The notes beneath the pieces are model-generated. The model saw only the letters and a list, made by a program, of their open reading frames with translations, was not told the DNA's origin and made no database searches. A DNA stretch of 64,000 nt from Eledone cirrhosa. Lineage: Eukaryota. The stretch's first letter is position 1. Each line of letters starts with the position of its first letter. A program made the position numbers and the translations under genes. The stretch covers positions 17,980,001 through 18,044,000 of the forward strand of contig OZ024743.1 of the NCBI GenBank assembly GCA_964016885.1, in the 5' to 3' direction. This document shows positions 26,011 through 39,200 of this stretch, one piece after another.

Positions 26011-27109
26011 ATGTTGCAAATAAACTAGTTAGGCATATAGGTCTAGAGAAATAGTAAACATTGGCAACAGTCGCCTCTGCTCCTCGGTCGTATACCGAGT
26101 AACCATGCTTTTTTGAGGCTTGGTAGACAGCCTAACCTTGCATTTTACATGGATCACTGAAGCATGGCTGTTTTGGTATTAAAGTTTACGCGTGATTGTA
26201 TGCGTGTGTTGTGAGTTTATGAATGTACACATTCAGTATCGCGAAATATTTTTAGAAACTATTATTTACTACAATGTTAACTTATTTTAGATAAGTTCAG
26301 TTAACGCTTTCTATTTTCATAAAATGTTAAAGCAATAATTTCTGTATTTACTTATTTATTTTATAGTTTATACTTCTAATACACTAACATATGCAGAGTC
26401 AAATGTGTAACATATATTTATGTGCAAACAATTCATAACAAACTAACACATTTTTGTCTACATGTATGCAGTCTATAGACGTCAATGTGACGTTTGAATA
26501 GGAGTATGTCACCAATATGTTTCTAGTTTCTATAGTATTTTCTTGCACTTTTCTATGTTTTATGGGAATATTAGTTATGTAGATTGACAAGAATTCATTT
26601 TAAATCTCTTTAAGAGAAAATATATTACGTTTTCCTCGTTGCTATAAATAATTATATGTATTTCAACAAAAGAATATCATTTTTATTTTAAAATGAAGTC
26701 TATATTTCTATTACAAATTTATACGAGGTATGAAGGTTTCATAAATATTTGTATGAAAAACATAATATTACGGGAAATATATATGTGCAACTACATAGAC
26801 GCTTCAGTATGTGTATACCCTGCTCCAACAATTGGGGCGATGCTTTCTAAAAGAGCCAAATGTTTAGTAAGCTAATGTTGATGTATTGGGAATGGAAGAT
26901 CATTAGTAGAAAATCAAAAGAAAAATATAATAATTTTCCTATGAGATGTTTGTCCTTTACATGTTTGATATCTGCTGTATTTTTCCCTTTTATATCAATG
27001 CAATGCAGTGTATTTAAATTATAAATTCATATTGATAGGCACAATCATTTAGTAAGAGCGCACTGCAAGATTGTGTGTGAATATATATATATATATATAT
27101 TTATTTATT

Positions 27110-27629
27110 TAGGTTTGTCGGTTCACCAGTGGATAGAACTGGTCATTCCGTATGGTAAACCTCGAAGTAATATTATGGAGAGCACTCAACGTAATGCAAC
27201 TCACCAGTCTTCGTGTGTGTAGTTGGTGGTACGAGTACGGAGTTAATTATTATAAAATAACAGGATGCTGGACTGGTGTAATTCATTAAAAGGTTTATTA
27301 TAGTATGATCATTTCAATGACCGGGTTCAGTATGAATCCCGTGACATCATCAGGTATTCGAAATATAACAAAGGAATATAATATACAAAATCCATCGGGC
27401 TCAAAAATCAGAGACATGAGGGTGACCGAACATTTAGCATCTTCTACCCCAATCGGCCGCCCCGGGGTGGAAGATGCTAAATGTTATGTCGCCCTCATGT
27501 CTCTGATGTTTCAGCCCCATGGATTTTGTCTATTATATTCCTTTGTTTTATTTCGAATACCTGATGATGTCACCGGATTTATACCGAACCCGGTCATTGA
27601 AATGATCATACTATGAAAAACATTTTAAT
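27110..27629. mobile_element. Fold-back non-autonomous PLE derivative (arms ~27284..27450 / 27464..27629, tail 27110..27283)
   Basis: ~165-bp inverted repeat with 13-nt loop. Each arm has CTGATGA..GAAC ccg GTC. (TA)n on both flanks. Confidence 0.75.
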
Positions 27630-27670
27630 ATATATATATATATTAGAATTGGTGCACTGAAATAGCGATG

Positions 27671-27976
27671 TATATATGAATGTATATATTGTATATTTGG
27701 TAATACACTGTATGCTTAATTAAAAGCATTTTGAAGACGTTACGCTATTGTTTTAAAGTAGTGACTATGTCACTTACTTCTTTACAATAAACAAAGGGAG
27801 TGCTAAGCTCTGAGGAATACCAACAGTATGAACCAGAGATATGTCAGCTTATCTCCCTTTGTTGAAAAAAGAAGTGACGTAGTCACTACTTTAAAACAAT
27901 AGTGTAAGGTCTTCAAAATGCTTTTAATTTAGCATACAGTGTATTACCAAATACACTATATATACATTCATATATA
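27671..27976. repeat. ~135-bp-arm hairpin whose loop is a hammerhead core
   Basis: 27671..27809 is the reverse complement of 27846..27976. Confidence 0.9.
27804..27851 (+). ncRNA. Hammerhead-like motif with GAAC in place of GAAA
   Basis: TAAGCT-CTGAGGA-ATAC caaca GTAT-GAAC-cagagatat-GTC-AGCTTA. Confidence 0.65.
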
Positions 27977-28648
27977 TATATGTATATATAAAAACATATA
28001 TATATATATATAAGTATGTGTAGAGCTGTGGTTGTGTGTAAGTGTGTTGCGTGTGTGTGTCGGTGTACGCCCATGTTAGCTAATTTTATAAAAAATAACG
28101 GAAGAGTTTTGTAAACTATTCTACATAAAAACAAGGCGATTGTGATAGAGCATACCAAAATAAATATATTAATGTATAAATGCGAGGAAAGAATAGCCAA
28201 AATATATGTAATTGTTTTCAAAATCCCGACTGCAATTTCGCCAATAAGTCTGCAGCAATAGTGCACCGCTGCTGTGAGGCTGTCAACCCTTCAGAAGAAA
28301 CGTTCACGTTAGAGGACTATTTCCTGACATGACCGTTACAAGTTATTAATTCTCGGGAAGTAGAAATGATCACGTTGTATAAGTCACAGAAAGGCGGTAA
28401 ATGTTGGACGTTATGCGACTATAACATTTACTAGAACAAGTAGAGAACGTCCGCATATTTAACTCTATAATAAAGGATGTGGGACAAAATATGAATAAGA
28501 TACTGTTACAAACGTATATGTGTGTAGTGTCCCACCATGACGAGGTTTGTTCAGAATTAATATAGTAATGTAAGCATAAATAATCACCAACTATGAAACT
28601 TTCAGGGAAAATACTTATAACTGTTTATTCTTTCGTCGCAGCATTTAT

Positions 28649-29152
<504 letters not shown>

Positions 29153-29155
<3 letters not shown>

Positions 29156-30019
29156 TCAGGTTATCAATAATGTAGTGATAGTATATCGTTACGTTAGAGA
29201 TGAACAGCGTACGTGCAGGTTTGCTCAACGAGTATAAATTACATTCCGGAGAAATGTAGAAAGAAAATATAAAATGAAAGTGCTTTTGTTAAAAAAGGAA
29301 TTTATTAGGTATTGACATATGTTTCTGTAACAGACCGAATACCTATGTATCGCTGCTTGCGTAATCATATAATGTTAGCAAGTATTCGATAGCAAATGTA
29401 TAATCAGTTGTCACTTCTTGAGAGATTTTGGATAAACTGGATAAAATCAGAAAAATTGAAGTATTTATATTAGTTTAACTGCTATAGATAAAATGAGATT
29501 TCTGATTTCTTGATTCAATTCCCTAATGCATATACCAGCTGGCTACTAGCATTGATGTTATTTAGTAGCAATCGAAATCTCCCCCTTCCCCAATTGACAC
29601 TTTATAATTAATACTACTGCAGCAAATGACCAGCCCTGTCCACTGTCCAGTTGGTCAAGTAGAGATTAAAATTGGCACTCCCAAAATTCTTATTTAGATT
29701 TACTCATAGTATTCTCATTAAAAACCCATTATATACTTGTTTAGCAGTAAATTATTTTACCATCTGTCATATACTATCCCCTCTGTTCCTTCCTCTTTTA
29801 CTAATATAAATACTTCAATTTTTCTGATTTTATCCAGTTTATCCAAAATCTCTGAAGAAGTGACAACTGATTATACATTTGCTATCGAATACTTGCTAAC
29901 ATTATATGATTACGCAAGCAGCGATACATAGGTATTCGGTCTGTTACAGAAACATATGTCAATACCTAATAAATTCCTTTTTTAACAAAAGCACTTTCAT
30001 TTTATATTCATCCTTTCTA
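29153..30019. mobile_element. Fold-back PLE-like derivative (arms 29257..29474 / 29800..30019, tail 29153..29256)
   Basis: ~218-bp inverted repeat. Arms end in GAAACATATGTC..AATAAA. (TA)n on both flanks. Confidence 0.75.
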
Positions 30020-30034
30020 TATATATATATATAT

Positions 30035-32080
30035 ATTAAAATAACAGATTAAAGTTTAAGCAAAGAATCGCTGATTTCACCCTTAACGGGATCTTCTGAA
30101 ACTAACAAAGTCAATCTGTAAACGCAGAAGTGGATATTTAAAAAAACGTTGCAACCGGAGGAAGACAGGAAGACGATACTTTGGTTCGGGGAAACGTTCC
30201 CTGGCAAAGAACGGAAAAAAAACGAATATAATACGTCATTAATAGGAGCGGTGAAAAACAATTACACGCAAAGACAGAACCACGTTTATGGTATAAAAGA
30301 AGACGTAGACTAATGTTCTCTTAGGTGGTTCATAGAGACGTTCTCTGGCAAAGAACAGGAAAAGCGAAGATAATACGTCATATGAGTGGCGTGTAGAACA
30401 ATTTCACGCAAAGACAAAACCACGTAAATGGTATAGCTAAAGTCATAGACTAAAATTCTAACTGGGAAACCGAAAGATTCTCCGCTTCAGAGTTAAGAAT
30501 AAAGTAAAAAAATGGTAATAGAAATTAAATAAATACATACACGCATGCAAATACGTCCATACACAAGCATACGCGAAAACACTTGACATAGGTATACAAA
30601 ACCACGCACATATAAATATGTGTGTGTGTATACAAATAAATAAATAAATAAATAAACATATATAAATAAATAAATACGTATATAACAAACGTACATACAT
30701 ACGTACATGTAAATACACAAATGTTAGGATAAGACGTCAACCAAAACGCGAAGAACACATATACACACACCCTACATACGTACGAACCAGCATACTCACA
30801 CAGACGCAAAACTCCCGTATACACATAACCAAACCATATATACCAGAATATATAAAATTATACGCCATAACATGTACAATCAAATATACGTACGAGAAAG
30901 TATACGTACCTTCACAAAACATACAGGTAATATATACTTACCTATGCAAATAAGTAATGGTATAAACATAACATATACTTAGCTACCAAATCAAGACGTA
31001 AAATATCCACGTATAGATCGTACTATCCGTTAGGGTATAATGTGGGGCTGTAATACAGGAAAGTTTTGTGCACTTTATGGTTACAAGCCGAAATTGCCTC
31101 AGATATTTTGTTTAACATGTGGTCTGTGGGGTAGAGTATTTCCAGGGCCTCGGAGGCGCAGAGGTCACATTGTTTTTTATTTCCGTTATACGATCTATCC
31201 ATAGCTAGGATTTCCCAGTGTAACTTATATTGGGTGCGGTTGTCTTTTAGACTCCAGATATAAGCTGAAAATGACGTCATATTCCTTCTTAGAGGGTAAC
31301 GAAAAGAATGGGTATGCATGTAAAGACGCTTCTTGAATATATTGGCGGTTAACCCTATGTAGGCCCTACGGGACGTGGGCGTTTCTACCTTACATTTGTC
31401 GACAATGTTACTAGAGATGCATTTCTTGGATAGGGGGCAATCAACCCGATTCCTACAATTACAGTATGTACTAACTACAGGGTTGCACGTGTTCCTCCGG
31501 CTAGGTAGTTTAGCTAAATTTGAAGCTGTGATGTTATGTGCAAGGTTAGGAGTCGTAGAGTAAGAAATGTAATAGTATTTCTATTAAAACTGTTACTATA
31601 TTTATGTGTAAGGGGAAAATGTTTCGTACTAAGGGAAAGAAAGATCTTAGCTAATGGTGTGGCCACTTTCATATTATATGGTGGGTTATACCAACAAATG
31701 CGACGGGATCTATTTCTTCTAGGTCGATTTTCGTACTATCTATATGCTACCTTATCGACAAATCCACTTCGAGCAAGAGCTTCATTGTAATAAGTGGAAT
31801 GGTCGTTGAAAATATGCTCGTTAGTAGATAGACGGGAAAGCCTCAACGAAACGTTTCTTACCAGGTTCTTGGTTATGCTGGCAGCATGTTGGAATGCTTA
31901 CTTATGTAATTAAGCGTATCATTCGGCTTTCTATACGGGTAATACAACTCATTCGATAAATTGAGGGTAACGTCGAGGTAATTAACGACGAGATATTGGC
32001 CTCAACCATTATAGAGAGGTTGAAGCCTTTAACGAAGGGTGTTATTTTTTTTCTGAACCTGTCGCAAGCACGAGGTCCGC
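30035..32080 (-). mobile_element. 5'-truncated Penelope-like element (IWFNPP / Hydra-like group), family B
   Basis: VNYLDVTLNLSNELYYPYRKPND, ICWYNPPY, CRNRVDCPLSKKC, AYIGLTANIFKKR, YIWSLKD, CDLCASE. ~1-kb 3' UTR ending at (TA)n. Confidence 0.9.
30191..30453. repeat. Diverged tandem duplication (~144-bp period) in the PLE 3' UTR
   Basis: acgttc.ctggcaaagaac..taatacgtca..cacgcaaagaca.aaccacgt..atggtata..tagactaa occurs twice. Confidence 0.8.
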
Positions 32081-32084
32081 ACTA

Positions 32085-33415
32085 GCAGGCAGCATGGCTC
32101 CCCCCCCCCCCCAGGAATAAGCTGCCTTACACAACTGCTACATCACTACGACTGGGTACTGAAACAACTGCTAGACAGCTCACATATGGACGTGATATAT
32201 CTTGACTTTGCGAAGGCCTTTGACAATGTCGACCACGGAATGATATGTCACAAACCACACGGACTCGGCATAACTGGAAATGTAGGTGAGTGGCTGCATG
32301 ACTTCTTAAAGGACATAAGCCAGACAGTCGCAGCAAACGGGGCCCTCTCAAAGGAAACACCAATAACAAATGGGTTGCCCCAAGGGACAGTCCTGGGACC
32401 TCTACTGTTTTTGGTGGCTCTCTTAGACATGTCCTCTGTAGTACATACAACAACATCCCTCACTAGCTATGCTGATGACACTAAGAGAGCACTGGCAATA
32501 AAAAAAAATCGGCTGACGCTGCCCTTTTACGACAAGATCTGGATGCCATATACAAATGGGCGGAAGAAAACAACATGCAGTTCAATGCTGGAAAATTCCA
32601 GACCCTACAATGCAAACCTGCAAACACAAATACAGTACAGTACAGTTACGCAGGACCAGGAGGGACCGACATCCCCGTGTCAAAATCGATACGAGACCTG
32701 GGTATAGACATGAGCGATGATGCATCTTTTTCCTCACACATCATGAAAGAGGCCACCATGTGCAGACGACTCCATGGTGACACTATGGATGACATTGGTC
32801 CTAAGCCGCCTGTACTATTGCTCCCAGTTGTGGTCAAACTAACCGTAGTGTCAAACTAACCACGAAGCTCGAGGCAATCCAGCGAAGCTACACCAAGAGG
32901 ATTGCCACGATAAATGAAATAAGCTACTGAGAATGGCTAAAAGAACTGAACGTCTATTCCTTGGAACGAAGACGGGAGAGATACGCAGTGATCTCCATAT
33001 GGAAAATGCTGGAGGGAGTAGCACCAAACTTTGGTATTGGGAGATGGACCAACCATCGAACAGGACGACACTGTGTGGTGCCAAAGGTCCCGTCTTCCAC
33101 ATCTAGAATAAGGAGCCGATATTGCAATAGACTGGGATTCAAGAACCCTCAGCTCTTCAACAAGCTGCCGAGGGATCTGAGATATCTGCTTGGTGTGGAG
33201 GTGAATGTTTTCAAGAAACATCTCGACACCTTGCTATCCAGGATCCCGGATGATCCCGCAGCATGGCACGAGGGAATACTAAGGGCAGCAGCAACAACCT
33301 CCCTCTTACACCAGTGGCCAACCAATACAGGCTGGGGATAAAATGTGTAGCAACACGGGCGGTGCCCCAGCATGGCCTCAGCCGGATGGCAGGAACATGT
33401 AAAAGAGTCAAAGAG

Positions 33416-33419
<4 letters not shown>
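32085..33419 (+). mobile_element. CR1-clade LINE, 5'-truncated RT with 3' end
   Basis: SCLTQLL, DVIYLDFAKAFD, GLPQGTVLGPLLF, SYADDT, SLERRRERY, FKKHLDTLLSRIPD; frameshifted. Confidence 0.9.
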
Positions 33420-33451
<32 letters not shown>

Positions 33452-33462
33452 CATATATATAT

Positions 33463-33935
33463 CATCATCATCATCATCATCATCAACGTTTAACGTCCGT
33501 GTTCCACACTTGCATGGGTTTGGACGGGGGTAGTCCCACTTGAGGCAAGAATGATTGTCATGCTCGCATAGGACTGTCTGGCAGGTTTTCTACAGTTGGA
33601 TGCCCTTCCTAACACCAACCACATTTGCAGTGTGGGTCTGGGAGGTTTTTACTGTGTTGCCTACACGCCCACATTACAGCGTGGACTGTGTGTTTTTTTT
33701 GTCGTGACACCTACACGATCTCATTTGTTTCGGCCTGGATGGCGCGGCACCAACATAACTTTACATAGAACGGGGTGGTGTGGATGGGGTGGGGGTGGGG
33801 ATGGTGGGGCGGGGTGTATTTTGCTAGAGATGCCTACTGGCTGTAGTAGGTTTTACTATGTATTTAGGCAAGGCGGGTCTTCTCTGTTACTGAGTACCGC
33901 CAAAGGTCTCGGTCCAGTGACATTGTCTTGGAGAG
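33463..33935 (-). mobile_element. SINE/LINE 3' end with (ATG)n tail, possibly RTE-related
   Basis: (CAT)n followed by cgtttaacgtccgtgttccacacttgcatgggtttggacgg and ggatgcccttcctaacaccaacc, motifs I recall from common interspersed repeats. Confidence 0.55.
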
Positions 33936-33956
33936 GTGTAATATATATATATATAT

Positions 33957-35078
33957 AGGTGGAACACTAGAAGGTAATATACGTAGTGGTAGAGCACTCA
34001 GTCCATGGGACGAGTTAGGTAGAAGTGATTACACAACAGTTAGTTCACCATACAAGGAACAATTCCTCAGCTCGGAATGGTCATGGTTATAGGAACAGAA
34101 AGGACAACCGTACGAATGCTCATGCGCAGAAACCCGGTCACTACACACAGTCAATACTAGACTGCGTGCGAGAGGTGTACGACAGTCCGAAAGATTTTTA
34201 GGTTGAAAATAAAATTACAAAGAATCAGTCCGAAGCCTTGTAGTTATGCAATAGGTAGTTGGCGACGTGTGGACAACGTGTGAAAAATTCAATCCTCGTG
34301 TTTATGCAATCATTATTGCGTAATCTCTTTAGAATATTTATTCGTTCGTCAATACATAAGTCACACGTCGGATTTCCCCCTGCGTATGACTTGGACTTAG
34401 TGATGGCTTTCCATTGAATGGAGTAGTCTATACTTGAATCCTTGAGGGACCATACGTGACTCGCGAGTTTCGTGGATGAACGTCTGTCCGGGCACCTGAA
34501 GGTAGACTGGTGGTTCAGGAAACGTTCCTTAAATCGGCCCTCCGCCATACCCACATAGGATTTGACCTCCTGTGGTTCGTTTGGTCGGTTGGAAGTGACC
34601 ACAGCTACATAAATTACAGCTGGGGTGTTGCATTGCTGTTGAATGGGGCAAGTTTCAGGCTTACGGCAAGAGGACCCTGGTGGGGTGTTGCTCCTAGGGC
34701 TGCTGGTGATGTGGTCCTTCATGTCCTTAGCGCAGGAGTATCCTAGTTTAACTGAGAGTAGGTTAAAGATGAAGCGGTATTTATGACCTATGGGAAAGTG
34801 TCTATCTAAGAGGGCTAGAAATGTTTTTCCTACATTGGTTTTAACGTTGAGTTAGAAGGGGGAGAGAACCAGATATTGTGTCTATTGTTGCGCTTACTTT
34901 TCTTAATGGTGTTGTTGCTAGTGAGAAAGTAAGTGATAGATTGTGAGAAGTTGCTATTAGCCAACGCCGTGTTATAGTAGGGTGCCGCCCTGTCAAATAT
35001 AGCCTTATTAGAGGAGAGGGTGCTCTTGCCGTCAGCCTGAAGTGTTCCCTCTTCAACAGCAATGCAACATACCAGCTG

Positions 35079-35082
<4 letters not shown>
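33957..35082 (-). mobile_element. 5'-truncated Penelope-like element (IWFNPP / Hydra-like group) with open GIY-YIG frame
   Basis: ORF 34225..34722 CRKPETCPIQQQC..VIY..SYVGMAEGRFKER..HVWSLKD..CDLCIDE; upstream NIWFSPP; (TA)n on both sides. Confidence 0.9.
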
Positions 35083-35148
<66 letters not shown>

Positions 35149-35151
<3 letters not shown>

Positions 35152-36754
35152 AATCGATCTTTGGGGTGCTTCAACTTTCATGATACATTGTTTCGTGTGT
35201 GGGGTCCACAGTGGACCACAGTATTCAAGGTGGGGTCGAGCAAAAGTGGAGAAGAGAAGGATAACAGTGTGGATATCTCTCGACTGGAAAGTTCTGAGAA
35301 TCCAGGAACACATTCTTCGGGCCATGTCAACTTTGCTGTTTATATGAGTGTCCCAGCTTATGTTGTTGTCCACAATTACTCCCAGGTCTCTGATTTTATT
35401 GGATACCATTAGAGTTTCACCCGAAGGAAGACAGTATGGTAGTTTCAGGTCATCCTTTTTCCAAAGTGGATTAATTCTAACTTATCCTCATTCAACAGCA
35501 TGTTATTCTTTTCTGCCAATTGGATAACAGGCAGTAGGTCTGACTGAAGGTAGGTCCGGTCACCCACCTCATTGATGACCTTTTGGAGATTGGACTCATC
35601 TGCGAAGATTCTTATGTTGCTGTGCTTGATGATGTCAGTAATGTCATTAATGTATATGATGAAAAGAAGTGTGCCAAACACAGTGCTTTGTGGGACGCCA
35701 CTGCTGACTTTGGCAGGGCTTGATTTTACTCCTTGGACTTCATCCACCAACATTACATAGTGTTTTCAGTAGATTCTTATGCTCAACCCTGTCAAAGGCC
35801 TTGCTGAAATCAAGGTACATGACATCAATGTTGGAGGCCTCTCCCAAGGCTCTCAAAACTTCGTCAAAGTGATGCAGGAGCTGCGTTAGACAGTCCCTTC
35901 CATTACGGAACCCATGTTGGTTGGAGTTCAGCTGGCCGTTGCTTTCAAGAGAGTTGCTTATTCGTGATCTCACCACCCTCTCAAATACATTGATAATATG
36001 AGAGGTCAGTGAGATCGGACGGTAGTTCACTGTAAGGGACTTATTTCGCTTTTTGAAAACTGGGACAACGGCCTGGGACAGAAAGTGTTCAGGAATATAG
36101 CCAGTATCGAAGAGAATTCCTCCACAGATTAGCCAGAGGAGATGCAAGTTGGTGTCGACACACCCTCAGGACACACTCAGGGAACCTGTCGGGCCCTGCT
36201 GCTGAATTGTGTTTAATTTCGTTTATTGCCGCTAAGACATCATGGGCGGCAAACGTTATGTCCGATATAGTGTGTTGGAGATTAACATCATTGATACAGC
36301 CCAGATCGGCCATATCAGGATTGCTGAAAACAGAACAGTATTGTTTCTGCAGTTATCTCCCCCATGGTTTTGGCATTGTCTTGGAGTGTGCCATTTTCAT
36401 CAACTAGAGCCGCAACAGTGGAGACAGTAATCTTATGTTTTTTAGCAAATGAAAAGAAAACTTTGGGGTTGAGTTTGCTTTTCTCAATGGCCCACCTCTT
36501 TAGCTGTTCTCTGGTTATTGATGGTGGTCTTCATGCATTGATGGAGGTTATATATGTTTCATTCAAGCAGGGCGATAGCTGTCGAATGTGTGTGTTGCTG
36601 TGGGCAGTATTTCAGTGAGTTAATTTTTTTGTTTGTTCATTTTTTTTCTGATATTTGTGTTTCTGTTTTGGGGGATACTGCACTTAGTTTTGTTCACAGG
36701 ATTCGGTGGGGTGTGTTTTGTACATATATTTGTGACAGTGTCTACAATGATCTG

Positions 36755-36756
<2 letters not shown>
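35149..36756 (-). mobile_element. CR1-clade LINE internal RT fragment
   Basis: SAAGPDRFP, NYRPISLTS, QHGFRNGRDCLTQLL, YLDFSKAFD, SGVPQSTVFGTLLF, IFADES, IRDLGV, RPHLEY. Confidence 0.9.
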
Positions 36757-36843
<87 letters not shown>

Positions 36844-36990
36844 AGGAGTTGACGGACCCAGCATATTTATCAATGCCAGGACCGATTGTATCTCAGCGTA
36901 CTCCATGGGCAATGTAAGATACATTAGCAGAGTATGCACATAGTTATTCGGTTGAATACAACACACATAAGTAGGGTGCCTATAATAGTT

Positions 36991-37101
36991 CCCGGAATCG
37001 AGTTTCGGCCGCACTTAATGCAGCAGTAAGGGGCACTGCACCATCCGTCTGCATATATTATGCAACAATGCACAATCGGCTTATGCGGCTTCCTCAGCGG
37101 G
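36991..37101 (-). ncRNA. Hammerhead motif with extended stem II, in a ~400-bp TA-flanked element (36841..37238)
   Basis: Reverse complement CCCG-CTGAGGA-aGCCGC..~70 nt..GCGGCc-GAAAC-tcga-TTC-CGGG. Confidence 0.6.
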
Positions 37102-39054
37102 TATCGCCTAATTAATAACCAACCGATCGACGGGAATCCAAACCCCAGCCTATGCTTGTCATGACTGTTTGTGACAACCGACACGGTAAAGCGACTAGCA
37201 ACTTGAACCCGATACAACTATGTCCCTCGACTAGCCATATATATACGTGTGTGTGTGTATGTGAGACTTTGCCTGTGCACAGTTGTATGTATACATGTGT
37301 GTCACTTGCATAGATCTCTATTTTAATGCCGGTTATCACTACAGATGAGCCCGCATTGATATATGATGTTCGTTTGAAAGTAAATAAATCGACATTTTTG
37401 GTTAAATCCCGATTTAAGAAGAATACACATACTAAACAAATAAAAGCTTTCCACAATTTTAAATTATTTGGTGGGTTTGCTCTGCGAAGAAAAGCGGATA
37501 CCGGAACTATATTTCAAGGCGATTGTTTCTTAAGCCAAAGAATAATAAATTAAATTCTTGGCATATAGATATTGTGTAAATCTATAGGTGATGAGAATTG
37601 TTTTGAAATAAGTAAGACATAGTAAATATATGATGACACTTGATATACTGCTTTATCAATATATGAAGTGATTTTAAAATATTTAACTCGCAAATAGTAT
37701 TGTAAATGCTGTATTGTAACATGATTGCCGACGGGGAAATATTATATAAACACTCAATTCAAAGATATATATCCAACGTAACATTAATAAGTACATTTAC
37801 AATAGAAATATCACAGAAATATATAATCTTCTGAAAAGCAATTCGATCAAATTATTCTTTATATGGATTAAAGTGTTTAACAAATTAAGAAAATCTAATG
37901 TATAGTTGTCGAAATAGCAGACGTATTGGTATACACGTTACTTTATAAAGCCAAGAGTATCAGCGGGGAAAATAATAGTTAATTTACTACTGCAAACAAT
38001 TGAGAAATGTGATATCGCTTAGGCGATAACTGTAATATAATTACGTAATTAGATAACAAACATATGGACTGAGTTAGCTAAAAATAATAGGTTTGTAATA
38101 TGAATCTAATTTCTGAAATAATTTAAGATCTATAGATTCGAATGTGGGAATTGCTCAAACAACCTTGTCTCCGCAATTGACTCTTAATCTTAGTCACCGG
38201 TCCCCCAATGAAAAATTTGGGACATTTGATCTGGACCGATAATCAACGCAAAATGTAAACAAAGGGACAAAATGGGAAAATCATATTACCAGCAATCTAA
38301 CGATAACATCATTCCAAGTGCGGTAATTAGCAACTCTTGAAAACATATTGTTTATGCTCAAAATCACCTGAAGCGATCTGGTGGGAGATATCAGTGAATG
38401 AAATCGATTCCTGGTCCATGAATATCCTATTGATATTTCATATTTAGAACAGGTTCCTTTCTTTATATCTGAACTAGGAGAGATTTTTGAAACGCAATCA
38501 TCATATTTATGTAGTTGCTATAAATCATTCCGCTTGATTAAATACTTTTTCAAGCTGATATCCAAATAAACAATCATGGTAGGTATTATATTTGCTAACA
38601 ATTTGTAAAGATTACTTATAATAATAGAATACAACAAACGAATATAAGTTGTGTGAGTGAATATACATGGGCAAACATTGTAGGATCATATTCAATGACA
38701 GTTCGGTGGAACATGCAAGAACAGAAATGGTGCGGAAAAAAGGTCGGTGATGAGAACCTATTTAACCCAGAAATTTATTATTCACTAAGTGCATTGTAAA
38801 ACGAGTAAAAATATGACCAGTTGCTACCCTTACATCAGACCCTAATTAAAACCCACACGCACACCGTCTATTCACCTACATTGACGTATATATTCGTGTA
38901 TTAATACAGATGTTAATAAAGGAAATGAAAATTTTCCATACATTATTCACAATACAGCATAGACGATTTATTGATTGTTGTTTCAATAAATAACTTGTAG
39001 AATCATGCTTTATGCAGTATGTTTGCGGGAAGGATGATGTAAACACAATTATAT

Positions 39055-39200
39055 ATGCTTGTCGGCCACCACTTCCATTCTCCGGGCCATCTCAGTCCTC
39101 GGTGTCCTTTCGCATCACGTATCTCAGGCAGCGCTCAGCAAGACTGAGCAGAACTTGATTTTCCTCTTTGGTTCAAGTTTCTCAAATGAACTCAAGTGCC
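39055..39200 (+). mobile_element. PLE endonuclease C-terminal remnant
   Basis: VGHHFHSPGH, then in a shifted frame ISVLGV..KTEQNLIFLFGS..NELK, matching the PLE HFN..HS..EQ.LIF.LG..P.GLN ending. Confidence 0.6.

Noticed and set aside
27305-27616. 103-aa ORF spanning the palindrome
   Set aside because: It coincides with the inverted repeat and has no recognisable motif; likely a chance open frame.
28220-28350. Mariner-like peptide on the minus strand (EGLTASQQRCTIAADLL)
   Set aside because: Short weak similarity, with no TIRs or DDD motif seen.
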